A stretch of DNA of 64,000 nt from Selenomonas ruminantium (GCA_015058655.1 SVBX01000017.1:144-64143); one strand, 5' to 3'; shown: positions 9,798-20,845, counted from the stretch's first letter. A program made the numbers and translations. The notes: generated from the letters alone by a model not told the origin.

Positions 9798-10439
9798 ATG
9801 AATCTGCTGGATATGATCCTCCAGATGGCAGAGGGCAGCAAGGTCACCTTGGAAATCTTCTTCGTGACCCTGTTGCTTTCCCTGCCCCTGGGGATGATGG
9901 CCTCCCTGGCCCGCCTTTCTTCCTGCCGCCCCCTGTCTCTCTTGATGGAGTCCTACATCTGGCTCATGCGCGGCACGCCGCTGATGCTGCAGCTCCTGTT
10001 CGTTTATTTCGCCCTGCCCATGGTGGGCATCATGCTGCCGGACCTGGCGGCGGCGCTCTTGGCCTTCACCTTGAACTACGCTGCCTACTTTGCCGAAATC
10101 TTCCGCTCCGGCATCCAGGCGGTGCCCAAGGGACAGTATGAGGCGGCTAAGACCCTGGGCATGAGCTATGTGCAGACCATGCGGCGCATCATCCTGCCCC
10201 AGGTCATCCGCATCGTATTGCCGCCCATCAGCAATGAGACCATCAATCTGGTGAAGGATACTTCCCTTATCTACATCCTGGCCATGAATGACCTGCTGCG
10301 GGTGGCCCGCACCATCGTGCAGCGTGATTTCGATATGGTGCCCTTCCTGGTGGCGGCGGTGTTCTACTTGCTCATGACCTTTGTGCTGACTTGGGGATTC
10401 AAGCGTCTGGAGGTGCGTTATGGCAGATATGCAAAATAA
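9798..10439 (+). CDS. Polar amino-acid ABC transporter permease
   Basis: HisM/GlnP-type permease with the EAA-region sequence [20 protein letters not shown]. The start is uncertain: ATG 9798 or GTG 9771. Confidence 0.8.
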   Translation: MNLLDMILQMAEGSKVTLEIFFVTLLLSLPLGMMASLARLSSCRPLSLLMESYIWLMRGTPLMLQLLFVYFALPMVGIMLPDLAAALLAFTLNYAAYFAEIFRSGIQAVPKGQYEAAKTLGMSYVQTMRRIILPQVIRIVLPPISNETINLVKDTSLIYILAMNDLLRVARTIVQRDFDMVPFLVAAVFYLLMTFVLTWGFKRLEVRYGRYAK

Positions 10440-11202
10440 GGGCGAGACCATGCTGGAGGTCACGGGCGTGAAGAAGTCCTTCGCGGGACTGGAAGTGCTC
10501 AAGGGCATCGACCTCACGGTGAAGAGGGGCGAGGTGCTGGCTATCATCGGCCCCTCCGGCTCCGGCAAATCAACGCTGCTTCGCTGCCTGAACAAGCTGG
10601 AGACCGTCGACTCCGGCACCATACTGGTGGAAGGCAAGCCCCTGGTGAAGACCGGGGCAGATGGCAAGGCTGAATATGTGGATAGCGCGGCAGAGAAAGA
10701 AGTCCTCTCCCACATGGGCATGGTTTTCCAGCAGTTCAACCTGTTTCCGCATATGACAGTCATTGAGAATCTGATTGAGGCGCCTGTGCAGGTGCAGGGG
10801 CAGAAAAAGTCGGAAATCCTGCCCTATGCCAGGGAATTGCTGAAAAAAGTAGGCCTCAGCGATCGTGAGGACTACTATCCCAGCCAGCTATCCGGCGGTC
10901 AGCAGCAGCGTGTGGCCATCGCCAGGGCCCTCTGCATGAAGCCGGATATCATGCTCTTTGACGAGCCTACCTCTGCCCTCGACCCGGAGCTGACGGGAGA
11001 GGTTCTGAAGACCATGCGGGAGCTGGCCGCCGAGCACATGACCATGGTGGTGGTGACCCACGAAATGGCCTTTGCCCGGGAGGCTGCCAGCCATGTGATC
11101 TTCATGGCTGATGGGAATATTGTGGAAGAGAACGCTCCCGAGGAGTTCTTTGGGAGTCCTAAAGAAGAAAGGACGAAGTCGTTCCTGAAGAATATGCTGT
11201 GA
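10420..11202 (+). CDS. Amino-acid ABC transporter ATP-binding protein
   Basis: Walker [10 protein letters not shown], signature [15 protein letters not shown], Walker [12 protein letters not shown]. The alternative start ATG 10450 is also possible. Confidence 0.9.
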   Translation: MADMQNKGETMLEVTGVKKSFAGLEVLKGIDLTVKRGEVLAIIGPSGSGKSTLLRCLNKLETVDSGTILVEGKPLVKTGADGKAEYVDSAAEKEVLSHMGMVFQQFNLFPHMTVIENLIEAPVQVQGQKKSEILPYARELLKKVGLSDREDYYPSQLSGGQQQRVAIARALCMKPDIMLFDEPTSALDPELTGEVLKTMRELAAEHMTMVVVTHEMAFAREAASHVIFMADGNIVEENAPEEFFGSPKEERTKSFLKNML

Positions 11203-11376
11203 GGCCATGCCTTCCCTGCAAGGGGGGGCATGAGCTGAAATGATATCATTAGCCTCTGAATGGGGCTTTTTTTTCTTGGCAAAAGTCGCATTACAGCGTT
11301 ATAATAAAAGTCGTAGTGTGTGTGGAAGCGCTGGTGTACATAGAAATAATGTTCACATTTTAAGCGGGAGGTTTCT

Positions 11377-12639
11377 ATGAGACACTTAAAGCTCTTGATA
11401 TTTATGTTGCTGGTCTTGACTCTTTTGCCCTGGCAGGCTTCGGCCTCGGATTTCGGAGACAGGGTCAGCGACATGGCAGAAGTCACGGGAGTGCGCATCA
11501 GCAACCATAGTGACAAGCTGCGCATCGTAGTAGATGCTGATAAGGATATTTCTTTCAAGAAGATGGTCCTCTCCAACCCGGACAGGGTGGTGGTGGATTT
11601 GCCCCATGCCTGGCTGAGTCCCAAGGCAAAGAAGGACATGGATATCTCCAGTCCCTTTGCAGGGCATCTGAAGGTGGCCCAGTTTGACAAGCAGACCGTG
11701 CGCATCGTGGTGGAAACTAAGGTGGGGCGGAATAATTACAGCGTGTTCAAGCTGGCGGGCAGTTCCCCGTCCTGCCGTATCGTGCTGGACTTTGGGGATA
11801 TTGCCCCGAGCTCGGATAACCGCAGGATTGACCTGCCAGGCGACAGGCCCGAAGAAGCAAAGCCTGCGAATGCGCCGCCTCCTGCGGTAGAGGATGAGGT
11901 GGAGCAGGAAATGGCCTCTGCCGGCAAATCCGAAAAACAGGAGAAAGAAGGGGCAAAGGACGCAGGCAAGGAAAAGCTGGTCAAGGTGGAGGAAACTCCC
12001 AGCGGCGGTGTCTTTGAGGGCAAGAAGAAGGACAGCGGCGATGAGCTGGAGGGGATTACAGGCCTCAAAGGCAAGAAAATCACCATTGATGCCGGCCATG
12101 GCGGCAGCGACTCCGGCGCTATCGGCCCCACGGGAGCCATGGAAAAGAATATCACGCTGAAGGTGGCCACGGAGCTCAAGAATCTGTTGCTGGCAGAAGG
12201 GGCCACGGTTTACATGACCCGCACCAAGGACACGGAGGTGTCTCCCAAGAAGGGCAGGGCCACGGATATAGAAGAACTCCAGGCCCGCTGCGATATTGCC
12301 AATGCGAAGGAGTCGGATATCTTCATCTCCATCCACATGGACTCCTTCACCAACGATGCGGCCAAAGGCACTACGGGATATTATTACGCAAGGGGCTCCG
12401 CCAAGTCCAGAGATCTGGCAGACAAGGTGCGGCAGGGGGTCATCGACCAGCTGGGCACCTCGAGCCGCGGCACCCAGAGCTGCAATTTCTATGTGGTGAA
12501 GCATACGGATATGCCGGCTACCTTGGTGGAACTGGCATTTATATCCAATAAAGCCGAAGAGAAGCTGCTTGTCAGTGAAGCTGGCGTGAAGAAGGCAGCT
12601 CAGGGAATTCTGGATGGCATAGAAGATTATTTCAACTAA
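11377..12639 (+). CDS. N-acetylmuramoyl-L-alanine amidase with N-terminal AMIN-like domain
   Basis: Signal peptide, a low-complexity linker, and Amidase_3 motifs ITIDAGHGGSDSGAIG and ISIHMDS. Confidence 0.85.
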   Translation: MRHLKLLIFMLLVLTLLPWQASASDFGDRVSDMAEVTGVRISNHSDKLRIVVDADKDISFKKMVLSNPDRVVVDLPHAWLSPKAKKDMDISSPFAGHLKVAQFDKQTVRIVVETKVGRNNYSVFKLAGSSPSCRIVLDFGDIAPSSDNRRIDLPGDRPEEAKPANAPPPAVEDEVEQEMASAGKSEKQEKEGAKDAGKEKLVKVEETPSGGVFEGKKKDSGDELEGITGLKGKKITIDAGHGGSDSGAIGPTGAMEKNITLKVATELKNLLLAEGATVYMTRTKDTEVSPKKGRATDIEELQARCDIANAKESDIFISIHMDSFTNDAAKGTTGYYYARGSAKSRDLADKVRQGVIDQLGTSSRGTQSCNFYVVKHTDMPATLVELAFISNKAEEKLLVSEAGVKKAAQGILDGIEDYFN

Positions 12640-12648
12640 TGCTAAATC

Positions 12649-12680
12649 AAGCCTTCCCCTCAAGGGGAAGGCTTTTGGGT
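12649..12680 (+). terminator. Terminator formed by a CCTTCCCC..GGGGAAGG palindrome (REP-like family member)
   Basis: AAGCCTTCCCCTCAAGGGGAAGGCTT followed by TTGGGTTTT. Confidence 0.7.
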
Positions 12681-12711
12681 TTTATGATAGACAGGTAAGG
12701 AGTAAAGTACA

Positions 12712-13932
12712 TTGCAGGACAAGAATTTCGAGAATCCCGCGGAAATGCTGGAAGCGGAAATGAAAGCAGAGGCAGAGGCCAGGAGGGCGCAGCTTTACAG
12801 GAGGAAACTGCCCCAGGAGCTCAGCCTGGGGGCGGCGCTGGGAGAGATGACCAAGGCAGAGTTGGACGACATTCGCTACAACCTGAATGTCACAGGCACC
12901 AGTTCCTTGAAGAAGGCAGAGCTGATAGAGCGCCTGGTGCCTGAGATCACCTCCTTTGCCCGCCGTTGGCTGCCCTCCGCTCTGGTGGAGCAGCGCCAGT
13001 GCTTCGAGCACCTGCTGGAGAAGGGCGGCCTTTCCACGGAACTGCGGGATGATGACCTGCGTCTTGATTACCTGCGCGGTATCGGCATCCTGGCCTGCGG
13101 TGTGGAGAAGGAATCCGAAAAGCTGGCCTGGTATCTGCCGACAGAGCTGCAGGAGGAGATAAAGAAAATCAGCGGCGGCGCTTACAACTCCATGACGGAG
13201 CTGAATACGGAAATGGCCCGCCTGGCTGCCGGCCTACTGTTCTACTATGGCTATCTGAATTTCGAGCAGCTTTACGAAATGGTGCTGGGGTACCTTGACA
13301 AGGCTGCCGCTGCCGAGGTCACCTTCCAGGATTTCGTGGGCGTCATGCTGAACGCCTCTTGCTGGCTGCCCCAGATCGACGCCCTGCCCCAGGGCATGCG
13401 CTACTACGCCCTGCTTGATGTGGAGAAACTGGAAGACGAGCATCATGCCCGCGAGGCGCTGGGCTTTGCACCGCTGGCCTACGACAAAGTATATGAAGCC
13501 GGCGAGGAAAACTACATCGAGTCCACTGAGGCATATCGGGCCTTTGCCCAGTACCTGATGAAAGAATGCGGCTATGAGGTGCTGCAGGCTGCAGATGTGG
13601 TAGGGGAGATTTACATTCTCCTGCAGAACAGCGGGGATATCAACGAGGCGGCAGATTATCTCTCCGGTCTGGGGCTCATGGAGGACACGGAAAAGGCCAA
13701 GGTGCTGCTGATGCTCACAGCTGCCTTCAATAACAGCACTCGTATGTGGCGGCTGAAGGGATACACGCCGGACGAACTCAGCGCCAATGAGGATGGCGTG
13801 AAGGAAATGGGCAAGGTGATTCCCTTTGGGCGCCATGAGCAGAAAGCGGGCCGCAACGATCCCTGTCCCTGTGGCAGCGGCAAGAAGTACAAGAAATGTT
13901 GCCTGAAAAAGGATGAAGCTCAGCTGAAATAA
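12712..13932 (+). CDS. SEC-C motif domain protein
   Basis: C-terminal [15 protein letters not shown]. Starts at TTG 12712 or at the downstream in-frame ATG. Confidence 0.7.
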   Translation: MQDKNFENPAEMLEAEMKAEAEARRAQLYRRKLPQELSLGAALGEMTKAELDDIRYNLNVTGTSSLKKAELIERLVPEITSFARRWLPSALVEQRQCFEHLLEKGGLSTELRDDDLRLDYLRGIGILACGVEKESEKLAWYLPTELQEEIKKISGGAYNSMTELNTEMARLAAGLLFYYGYLNFEQLYEMVLGYLDKAAAAEVTFQDFVGVMLNASCWLPQIDALPQGMRYYALLDVEKLEDEHHAREALGFAPLAYDKVYEAGEENYIESTEAYRAFAQYLMKECGYEVLQAADVVGEIYILLQNSGDINEAADYLSGLGLMEDTEKAKVLLMLTAAFNNSTRMWRLKGYTPDELSANEDGVKEMGKVIPFGRHEQKAGRNDPCPCGSGKKYKKCCLKKDEAQLK

Positions 13933-14001
13933 ATCGCTTGCATTTCTTCGGCCTTCATGCTAAAATAGCAAGGTACTGAAATTTCGAGGGGGGTGAATCG
14001 T

Positions 14002-14268
14002 TTGCCGAATATCAAAGCATCTATCCTTAGTGTTAAGACTGACGCGAAGCGCCATGCTAAGAACGCTGCTGAGAAGTCCCGTGTCCGCACGGCTTCCCGT
14101 AAAGTGCTCGACGCTGTTGAGGCTGGTAACGCTGAAGAAGCGAAATCCCTCCTTACGGTTGCTTGCAAGACTATCGACCAGGCTGCTGCTAACCATGTGT
14201 ATCACAAGAACGCTGCCAGCCGCAAGAAGTCCCGCCTTGCCCGCAAGGTCAACGCTATGGCAAAGTAA
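14002..14268 (+). CDS. rpsT: 30S ribosomal protein S20
   Basis: (M)PNIKASILSVKTDAKRHAKNAAEKSRVRTA... Start taken at TTG 14002, downstream of GAGGGGGGTG. Confidence 0.9.
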   Translation: MPNIKASILSVKTDAKRHAKNAAEKSRVRTASRKVLDAVEAGNAEEAKSLLTVACKTIDQAAANHVYHKNAASRKKSRLARKVNAMAK

Positions 14269-14300
14269 GAGGAGCCATTCAGAAATAATTCACACATCTT

Positions 14301-14395
14301 GCTCGACTAAATCCGCCTATACTGCGTTGTCGTCGGTATGCGTGGTACCACTACGCATGCCTCCTCCGCCTTGTCTAGGCGAATTTATCCTTCGC
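14301..14395 (-). repeat. Structured intergenic hairpin element, copy 2 (inverted relative to copy 1)
   Basis: The reverse complement aligns to 7231-7368. Outer stem TAAATTCGCCTA / TAGGCGGATTTA and inner stem GGCATGCGT / ACGCATACC: different sequence from copy 1 but the pairing is kept. Confidence 0.6.
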
Positions 14396-14504
14396 AATCT
14401 GTGCAAATTATTTCTTGCTGGCTCCTCATCTCGCGATTACGATACAATGAGGCCGCCTGTGCTTTACGCATGGGTGGCTTTTTGTAATAGAAAGGAAATT
14501 TTGA

Positions 14505-16301
14505 ATGGAAAGCAAGCATATCCGCAACTTTTCTATCATTGCCCATATCGACCACGGCAAATCTACCATTGCCGACCGCCTCATAGAGTATACGGGCACC
14601 CTATCCCAGCGTGAAATGGAGGCCCAGGTGCTGGACAACATGGATTTGGAGCGTGAGCGCGGTATCACCATCAAGGCCCAGACGGTGCGCCTGGACTACC
14701 GTGGCAAGGATGGGGAGATGTACCAGCTGAACCTCATCGACACCCCGGGCCATGTGGACTTCACCTACGAAGTTTCCCGCTCTCTGGCTGCTTGCGAAGG
14801 GGCGCTTTTGGTAGTGGACGCCGCCCAGGGGGTAGAGGCCCAGACTCTGGCCAATGTCTACATGGCTTTGGAGCATGATTTGGAAATCATCCCCGTTATC
14901 AACAAGATAGACCTGCCCAGCGCCGAACCTGACCGGGTGAAGCAGGAAATCGAGGATACCATCGGCCTGGATACGGAAAATGCCATCCTGGCTTCTGCCA
15001 AGGCCGGCATCGGCATCGAGGAAATCCTGGATGCGGTAGTGGAGCATATCCCTGCTCCCGAGGGGGATGAGGCTGCGCCCCTGCAGGCCCTGATCTTTGA
15101 CTCCTATTTTGACTCTTACAAGGGCGCCATCGCCCATATCAGGGTGAAGCAGGGCTATATCAAGCGGGGCATGAAGCTGAAGATGATGGCCACCGGCAAG
15201 GTCTTCGAGGTGACAGATGTGGGCTGCTTCAAGCCCCAGCCCGTGGAGCTGGGCGAGCTTCACGCCGGGGAAGTGGGCTTCGTGGCAGGTTCTCTGAAAG
15301 ATGTGCGTGATGTGCGGGTAGGCGATACCATCACCACCGCCGAAAGGGGTGCCAAGGAGCCACTGCCGGGCTACCGCGGCGTCACCCCCATGGTGTACTG
15401 CGGCCTTTATCCCGTGGAAAGCTCCGACTACGACAACCTCAAGGACGCGCTGGAAAAACTGCAGCTGAACGATGCCGCCCTGGTCTTTGAGCCGGAGACT
15501 TCTGTGGCCTTGGGCTTCGGCTTCCGCTGCGGTTTCCTGGGGCTTCTCCACATGGATGTCATTCAGGAGCGTCTGGAGCGGGAGTACAAGCTGAAGCTCA
15601 TCATCACCGCGCCTTCCGTTATTTACCATGTTTACAAGACCAACGGGGAAATGGTGAAGGTCAGCAACCCGGCAGAGCTGCCGCCCCAGACGGAGATCGA
15701 GCACATGGAGGAACCCTATGTGAAGGCCACGGTCATCGTGCCCAATGACTTCGTAGGGGCGGTCATGGAGATTTCCCAGGACAAGCGGGGCGAGTTCAAG
15801 ACCATGGACTATCTGGATACAAACCGGGTGCTCATCACCTATCATATTCCCTTGAACGAAATCATCTACGACTATTTCGACCGGCTGAAGTCCGCTACTC
15901 GTGGCTATGCTTCTCTGGACTATGAGCTGGCAGATTATCAGACTTCCAAGCTGGTGAAGGTGGATATTCTCTTGAATGGCGATGCCGTGGATGCCCTGTC
16001 CACCATCGTGCACAAGGACAGAGCCGCCAGCCGTGGCCGCCAGCTGGCTTCCAAGCTGAAGGAAATCATTCCCCAGCAGATGTTCGAGATTCCCATCCAG
16101 GCCGCCATCGGCAGCAAGGTCATCGCCCGTGAGAATGTCCGTGCCCGCCGCAAGGATGTGCTGGCCAAGTGCTACGGCGGCGATATCTCCCGCAAGAGGA
16201 AGTTGCTGGAGAAGCAGAAGGAAGGCAAGAAGCGCATGAAGGCCGTAGGCTCCGTGGAGGTGCCGCAGGAGGCATTTATGGCCATATTGAAGATAGATTG
16301 A
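14505..16301 (+). CDS. lepA: Elongation factor 4 (LepA)
   Basis: G motifs [14 protein letters not shown] and NKID, with a full-length LepA-type C-terminus. Confidence 0.95.
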   Translation: MESKHIRNFSIIAHIDHGKSTIADRLIEYTGTLSQREMEAQVLDNMDLERERGITIKAQTVRLDYRGKDGEMYQLNLIDTPGHVDFTYEVSRSLAACEGALLVVDAAQGVEAQTLANVYMALEHDLEIIPVINKIDLPSAEPDRVKQEIEDTIGLDTENAILASAKAGIGIEEILDAVVEHIPAPEGDEAAPLQALIFDSYFDSYKGAIAHIRVKQGYIKRGMKLKMMATGKVFEVTDVGCFKPQPVELGELHAGEVGFVAGSLKDVRDVRVGDTITTAERGAKEPLPGYRGVTPMVYCGLYPVESSDYDNLKDALEKLQLNDAALVFEPETSVALGFGFRCGFLGLLHMDVIQERLEREYKLKLIITAPSVIYHVYKTNGEMVKVSNPAELPPQTEIEHMEEPYVKATVIVPNDFVGAVMEISQDKRGEFKTMDYLDTNRVLITYHIPLNEIIYDYFDRLKSATRGYASLDYELADYQTSKLVKVDILLNGDAVDALSTIVHKDRAASRGRQLASKLKEIIPQQMFEIPIQAAIGSKVIARENVRARRKDVLAKCYGGDISRKRKLLEKQKEGKKRMKAVGSVEVPQEAFMAILKID

Positions 16302-16311
16302 CATAACAAAA

Positions 16312-16480
16312 GCCTTCCCCTTGAGGGGAAGGTGCCCCGTAGGGGCGGATGAGGTGGAACGCTGACTCGGCTATCTGCCGTGGCTAGTTAATTGGCACCT
16401 CATCCGTCAGCCTTCGGCTGCCACCTTCCAGGGTGTCCACCGGACACCCGCGGCTTCGCCGCCCCCTTAAGGGGAAGGCA
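16312..16480. repeat. Composite GC-rich palindromic (REP-like) element
   Basis: CCTTCCCCTTGAGGGGAAGG, GCCCCGTAGGGGC, the long stem GGATGAGGTG...CACCTCATCC, CAGCCTTCGGCTG, GGTGTCCACCGGACACC and CCCCTTAAGGGG. Its ends are near-identical to those of 51779-51916. Confidence 0.8.
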
Positions 16481-16499
16481 TATAGGGAGGTTTGTCCTA

Positions 16500-17636
16500 A
16501 TGCAATGGGGCGTTTATGTGCACATTCCCTTCTGCAAGCGGAAGTGCAACTACTGTGATTTTGCCTCCTATGGGGGCAGGGAGGAAGCCAGGGAGGCCTA
16601 TATTGATGCCCTGGGGGTGGAAACCCTGGTGCGGGGGCAGGAAATGGTGCTGAAGCATGGCAGGCCCACCACCCTTTATCTAGGGGGCGGCACGCCTTCG
16701 GCTCTGAACCTTGACCAGATGGGCACCCTTATGGCTATGCTGAAAAGCGTCTTCGGGGAGCCGGAGGAATTCACCATTGAGGTAAATCCCGGCACTGTGG
16801 ACGAGGCGTATTTGCAAAAGCTAAGGGAGTGGGGGGCCAACCGTCTGAGCATAGGTGTCCAGAGCTTTGAGGATGATATTCTCAAAACCCTGGGCCGTAT
16901 CCACACGGCAGCACAGGCAGAGGAAACCGTGAAGCTGGCAAGGGACGCGGGGGTTGAGAATCTCAGCCTGGATCTCATGTACGGACTGCCGGGGCAGACC
17001 ATGGCTATCCTGCAGGAAAGCGTGGCAAAGGCCCTTTCCCTGCAGCCGGAGCATATCTCCATCTACGGCCTGCAGGTGGAGGAGGGTACTCCTTTCTTCA
17101 AGCTGCAGCAGGAGGGAAAACTGAACCTGCCCCAGGACGAGCTGACAGATGAGATGTACGACTACATCACGGAATATCTGCCAGAGCAGGGCTATCGCCG
17201 CTATGAGATTTCCAACTTTGCAAAGCCCGGCAAAGAGAGCCGCCACAACCTCAGCTACTGGCAGGATGTGCCCTATCTGGGCCTGGGGGCGGCGGCTCAC
17301 TCCTACCTTGACGGCATGCGCCTGGAGAATGTGGCAGACCTGGATGAGTACATCAATACCATCAAGTCCGGCAGCCTGCCCCTGCGCTCAGAAGAAGACC
17401 CCAGCGAGCAACACCATATGGAGGAGTTCGCCTTCCTGGCCCTGCGCACAGCAAAGGGCATCGACAAGAAGAAGTTCAAGGACACCTTCGGCAAAGACCT
17501 GCGCTCTGTCTATGGCAAAAAAATCAACCGCTTGGTGCGGCAGGGCCTGCTGCAGGAGAACAAGAAAAGCATTTCCCTCACCAAAGCAGGGGCCAAGGTA
17601 GGCAACCAGGTTTTCGCAGAGTTCCTGCTTTCATGA
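16500..17636 (+). CDS. hemW: Radical SAM heme chaperone HemW (HemN-like)
   Basis: CKRKCNYCDF radical-SAM cluster and the conserved lepA-hemW synteny. Start at ATG 16500 behind GGGAGG. Confidence 0.85.
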   Translation: MQWGVYVHIPFCKRKCNYCDFASYGGREEAREAYIDALGVETLVRGQEMVLKHGRPTTLYLGGGTPSALNLDQMGTLMAMLKSVFGEPEEFTIEVNPGTVDEAYLQKLREWGANRLSIGVQSFEDDILKTLGRIHTAAQAEETVKLARDAGVENLSLDLMYGLPGQTMAILQESVAKALSLQPEHISIYGLQVEEGTPFFKLQQEGKLNLPQDELTDEMYDYITEYLPEQGYRRYEISNFAKPGKESRHNLSYWQDVPYLGLGAAAHSYLDGMRLENVADLDEYINTIKSGSLPLRSEEDPSEQHHMEEFAFLALRTAKGIDKKKFKDTFGKDLRSVYGKKINRLVRQGLLQENKKSISLTKAGAKVGNQVFAEFLLS

Positions 17637-17726
17637 TTTTGCCTGCCCCGCTTGCGGGGAAGGGGGACCACCGAAGGTGGGGGAAGGGGGAACTTCGAAG
17701 CCGAGATTTGACCATAAATTTTTACT

Positions 17727-17753
17727 TAAGTTTTTCCGAACAACACCGATAAT
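17727..17753 (+). promoter_or_regulatory. Sigma-28 (FliA/SigD)-type promoter
   Basis: TAAG-N15-CCGATAAT, against the consensus TAAA-N15-GCCGATAA, located upstream of a motility-family gene. Confidence 0.65.
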
Positions 17754-17791
17754 AAGGGTAACACGGATGTGTTTTTCAGGAGGTGGAGCCT

Positions 17792-17977
17792 ATGGGGGAC
17801 AATTACATGAGCATTGCGGCCATGTCTGTGGGCATGCATCAACAGCAGGCCACGCAGGATCTTGGCACCGCAGTGCTGAAGAAGGCCATGGAGACGGTCG
17901 AGGGCGGCACGGAGCAGCTCTTGAACGAACTCAGCTCAGACCCGAATCTGGGCGCAAATGTAGACATATTGGCGTGA
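17792..17977 (+). CDS. YjfB-family putative motility protein
   Basis: MSIAAMSVGMHQQQATQDLGTAVLKKAMETVE...LGANVDILA matches the YjfB family pattern. AGGAGG lies 7 nt upstream of ATG 17792. Confidence 0.75.
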   Translation: MGDNYMSIAAMSVGMHQQQATQDLGTAVLKKAMETVEGGTEQLLNELSSDPNLGANVDILA

Positions 17978-18114
17978 GTCCAAAAAAGGCGGGAGCAGCA
18001 ATGCTCCCGCCTTAACCATTTTATGGGGCGGAGAAATCTTGAATTTTCTGCAATCTGCCTATTCTTATGATATACTAAGGTATAGATGTGCATTTTGGAC
18101 AGGGAGGCGGCGTC

Positions 18115-19686
18115 ATGGGCAGATTCATCAATCCGGGGGATGAATTATTCAGGCAAGCAATCAACTCCGAAATTTATGTGGACAAAACAGGCTTGTTGAA
18201 CTATACCAACCGGGTAATACTGACCAGCAGGAAATACCTTTGTGTCAGCCGTCCTCGACGCTTCGGCAAATCCATGGCCGCCAGCATGGTGGCTGCCTAT
18301 TATGACCGTACGGTGGATGCCGGCAAAACCTTTGCGGGCTTGGAAATCACCCGGGCGGAGAATTTTGATGAGCATCGCAATAAATATGATGTCATCCAGC
18401 TCAACATGCAGAACTTCCTCAGCCGTACCCGCGATATGGATGCCTTCTTGCAGCTGTTGAAAAGATCGGTGCTCTGGGAACTTTTCAATCTTTATCCGGA
18501 CTATATGTATTTTGACAAGACCGACCTCATCGGCAGCCTGGCGGATGTTTACACCAATACCAAACGCCCCTTTGTCATCGTCATAGACGAGTGGGACTGC
18601 ATCTTCCGTGAGTTCAAGGATAATAAGGAATGGCAAAGGCTCTATCTTGACTTCCTGCGGGACTGGCTGAAGGACAATCCTGGCATTGCCCTGGTCTATA
18701 TGACGGGAATCCTGCCCATCAAGAAATACGGAACGCACTCAGCGCTGAATATGTTCCGGGAATTTTCTATGGAAGATCCGCTTGACTTAGCTCCTTATGT
18801 TGGTTTTACAACCAGCGAGGTAAAATCCTTATGTGAAAAATACTCTCGTAGTTTTGAGGAATGCCAGCGTTGGTATGATGGGTATTCTTTCAAAACTGTA
18901 GCCGAGGTGTATAATCCTCATTCTGTGGTAGAGGCAATAAGTAGTGGCAAGTTTGATACATACTGGAATCAGACTGAATCCTATGAAGCACTGAAAATTT
19001 ACATAACCATGAATTTTGATGGTTTGCGTGATTCGATATTAAAACTTCTGTCAGGAGAGCATCTGCCTATCAACACCAAGACTTTCAGTAACGATATGAC
19101 AACCTTCCAGTCAGTTGACGATGTGTTGACACTCCTGATGCACCTTGGCTATCTAGGCTATGACAGCACCAAAGAGGAAGTCTTCATTCCAAACCAGGAG
19201 ATTGCCCGTGAGTACTACAATGCCATAACCACCACGGGCTGGGATATTGTAGTCCGTGCCCTCAAAAGGTCAGAAGAACTGTTGCAGGCTGTCCTGGCTA
19301 AAGATGCGGAGACAGTGGCCAAGGGCATCGAGGAAGCGCACATGGAAACCAGTCATATCCAGTACAACGATGAGAATGCACTTTCCTACACCCTTTCCCT
19401 GGCCTTCTACAGTGCCCGCCAGAAATACAAGGTATTTCGTGAGCTGCCCACAGGCAAAGGCTTCGCCGACCTGGTCTTCCTGCCCCGCCCTACCTGTCAG
19501 GAGTTGCCTGCGCTTATCCTGGAGCTGAAATGGGACAAGAATGCAAAGACGGCAATCCAGCAAATAAAGGAGCGCTGCTACGTCAAAGCGCTGGAGGACT
19601 ATACCGGTAGCATTCTGGCAGTTGGCATAAACTATGACAAAGAAACGCGCAAGCATGAGTGTATTATAGAGGAATACATTAAATGA
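18115..19686 (+). CDS. AAA-ATPase-like protein with C-terminal PD-(D/E)XK nuclease domain (PF09820/PDDEXK_9-type architecture)
   Basis: N-terminal FINPGDELF...YVDKTGLL...RPRRFGKS and C-terminal GFADLVFLP...LILELKWDK (D...ExK). Paralog of 56367-58049. Confidence 0.8.
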   Translation: MGRFINPGDELFRQAINSEIYVDKTGLLNYTNRVILTSRKYLCVSRPRRFGKSMAASMVAAYYDRTVDAGKTFAGLEITRAENFDEHRNKYDVIQLNMQNFLSRTRDMDAFLQLLKRSVLWELFNLYPDYMYFDKTDLIGSLADVYTNTKRPFVIVIDEWDCIFREFKDNKEWQRLYLDFLRDWLKDNPGIALVYMTGILPIKKYGTHSALNMFREFSMEDPLDLAPYVGFTTSEVKSLCEKYSRSFEECQRWYDGYSFKTVAEVYNPHSVVEAISSGKFDTYWNQTESYEALKIYITMNFDGLRDSILKLLSGEHLPINTKTFSNDMTTFQSVDDVLTLLMHLGYLGYDSTKEEVFIPNQEIAREYYNAITTTGWDIVVRALKRSEELLQAVLAKDAETVAKGIEEAHMETSHIQYNDENALSYTLSLAFYSARQKYKVFRELPTGKGFADLVFLPRPTCQELPALILELKWDKNAKTAIQQIKERCYVKALEDYTGSILAVGINYDKETRKHECIIEEYIK

Positions 19687-19812
19687 GTATGGAATGAAAA
19701 GCGAGAATAAGACAGGCGGGAGCGCATAGGCTCCCGCCTGAAGCATTTTATTGAAGGGGGAGGGGAATTGTGGTAAAATTTAGGCAAGAGAAGCGGATCG
19801 GAGGGCTGAGGG

Positions 19813-20664
19813 ATGGAGGAGCAGGAAAGCAGTAAGGCGAGGTATCTGGAATTGATACCGAAACTTCGGCTGATGGACGATGATTTTTTGAAAGCGTGCA
19901 TGCAGGACAATAAGCCCGGAGTTCAGCTGATACTGAGGATTGTACTGAGGAACAAGGGCCTGGTAGTGACGCGGGTTGTCACTCAGAAGGAGATGAAGAA
20001 TCTGGTAGGCCACAGCCTGGAATTGGATGTCTATGCTGAGGATGAGGAAGGCAAGCATATCAATGCAGAGATACAGCGCAAAGATGCCGGGGCGGTGCCG
20101 GAACGGGCTGTGTATCACAGTAGCATGCTGGATGCCAACAGTCTGCCTGCTGGGGAGAAAAACTTCCAGAAGAAGGCTGAAACCTATATGATCATGATCA
20201 CAGAGAATGATGTGCTGGGAGGCGGATTGCCCATCTATCATATAGAGCGGACGGTGTTGGAGCTGTACAATAAGGCCTTCGGTGGCAAGTCGCATATCGT
20301 CTATGTGAATGGGGCTTATGAGGGTGATGAGGATACGGAATTGAGATGGCTGATACATGATTTCCTCTGTACCGACCCTAATGACATGCACTTCCCGGAA
20401 CTGGCAGAGCGTGCGCGGTATTTCAAAGAGGACAGCGAGGGGGTTAAGGCTATGTGCAAGATAATGGAGGACATAAAGAACGAGGGACGTGCAGAGGGGC
20501 GTGCTGAGGGGCGTGCTGAGGGGCGTGCAGAGGGGCGTGCTGAGGGACGGAATGAAATTATGGCGAAGATGTTCAGAAAAGGCTACTCGAATGAGCAGAT
20601 AGCTGATTTAGCAGATAAGACTTTGGCTGAGGTAGAGCAGCTTCGCGCACAACTTTGCCACTGA
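19813..20664 (+). CDS. PD-(D/E)XK nuclease family putative transposase (PDDEXK_2 / Rpn-like)
   Basis: LELDVYAEDEEGKHINAEIQRKD...ERAVYHSSML core, an (EGRA)n repeat, and a C-terminal HTH-like segment GYSNEQIADLADKTLAEVEQL. Confidence 0.75.
   Translation: MEEQESSKARYLELIPKLRLMDDDFLKACMQDNKPGVQLILRIVLRNKGLVVTRVVTQKEMKNLVGHSLELDVYAEDEEGKHINAEIQRKDAGAVPERAVYHSSMLDANSLPAGEKNFQKKAETYMIMITENDVLGGGLPIYHIERTVLELYNKAFGGKSHIVYVNGAYEGDEDTELRWLIHDFLCTDPNDMHFPELAERARYFKEDSEGVKAMCKIMEDIKNEGRAEGRAEGRAEGRAEGRAEGRNEIMAKMFRKGYSNEQIADLADKTLAEVEQLRAQLCH
20482..20550 (+). repeat. 12-bp tandem repeat (about 5.75 units) encoding (EGRA)n
   Basis: GAGGG(G/A)CGTGC(A/T) is reiterated in frame inside the CDS. Confidence 0.9.
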
Positions 20665-20845
20665 TTTGGTAGTTGAACGAGGCATTGTAGCATGAGCTTT
20701 ATGAGAAATACGGCATTGCATGAGGGCAGAGGGAATGTGGTGTCCTGTCAGGGGGGTATAATGTTTTCGGCATAACTACATAAATCGTTAGAGGGGGGCT
20801 GGGGAAGTTTTTATGAAATTTTTCTGGATGCCCCCATTTTGTGCT

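Noticed and set aside
14601-16304. Long antisense or mirror ORFs opposite well-supported genes. Examples: 4661-5749(-), 8109-9251(-), 9774-10763(-), 11386-12663(-), 14601-16304(-), 44028-45191(-), 47308-49224(-), 49524-50849(-), 52165-53148(-), 42675-43799(+), 41071-41691(+).
   Set aside because: These are typical stop-poor shadow frames of high-GC coding DNA. Their translations are low-complexity (R/G/A/H/L/Q-rich) with no recognisable motifs, and the opposite strand carries clear homologs.
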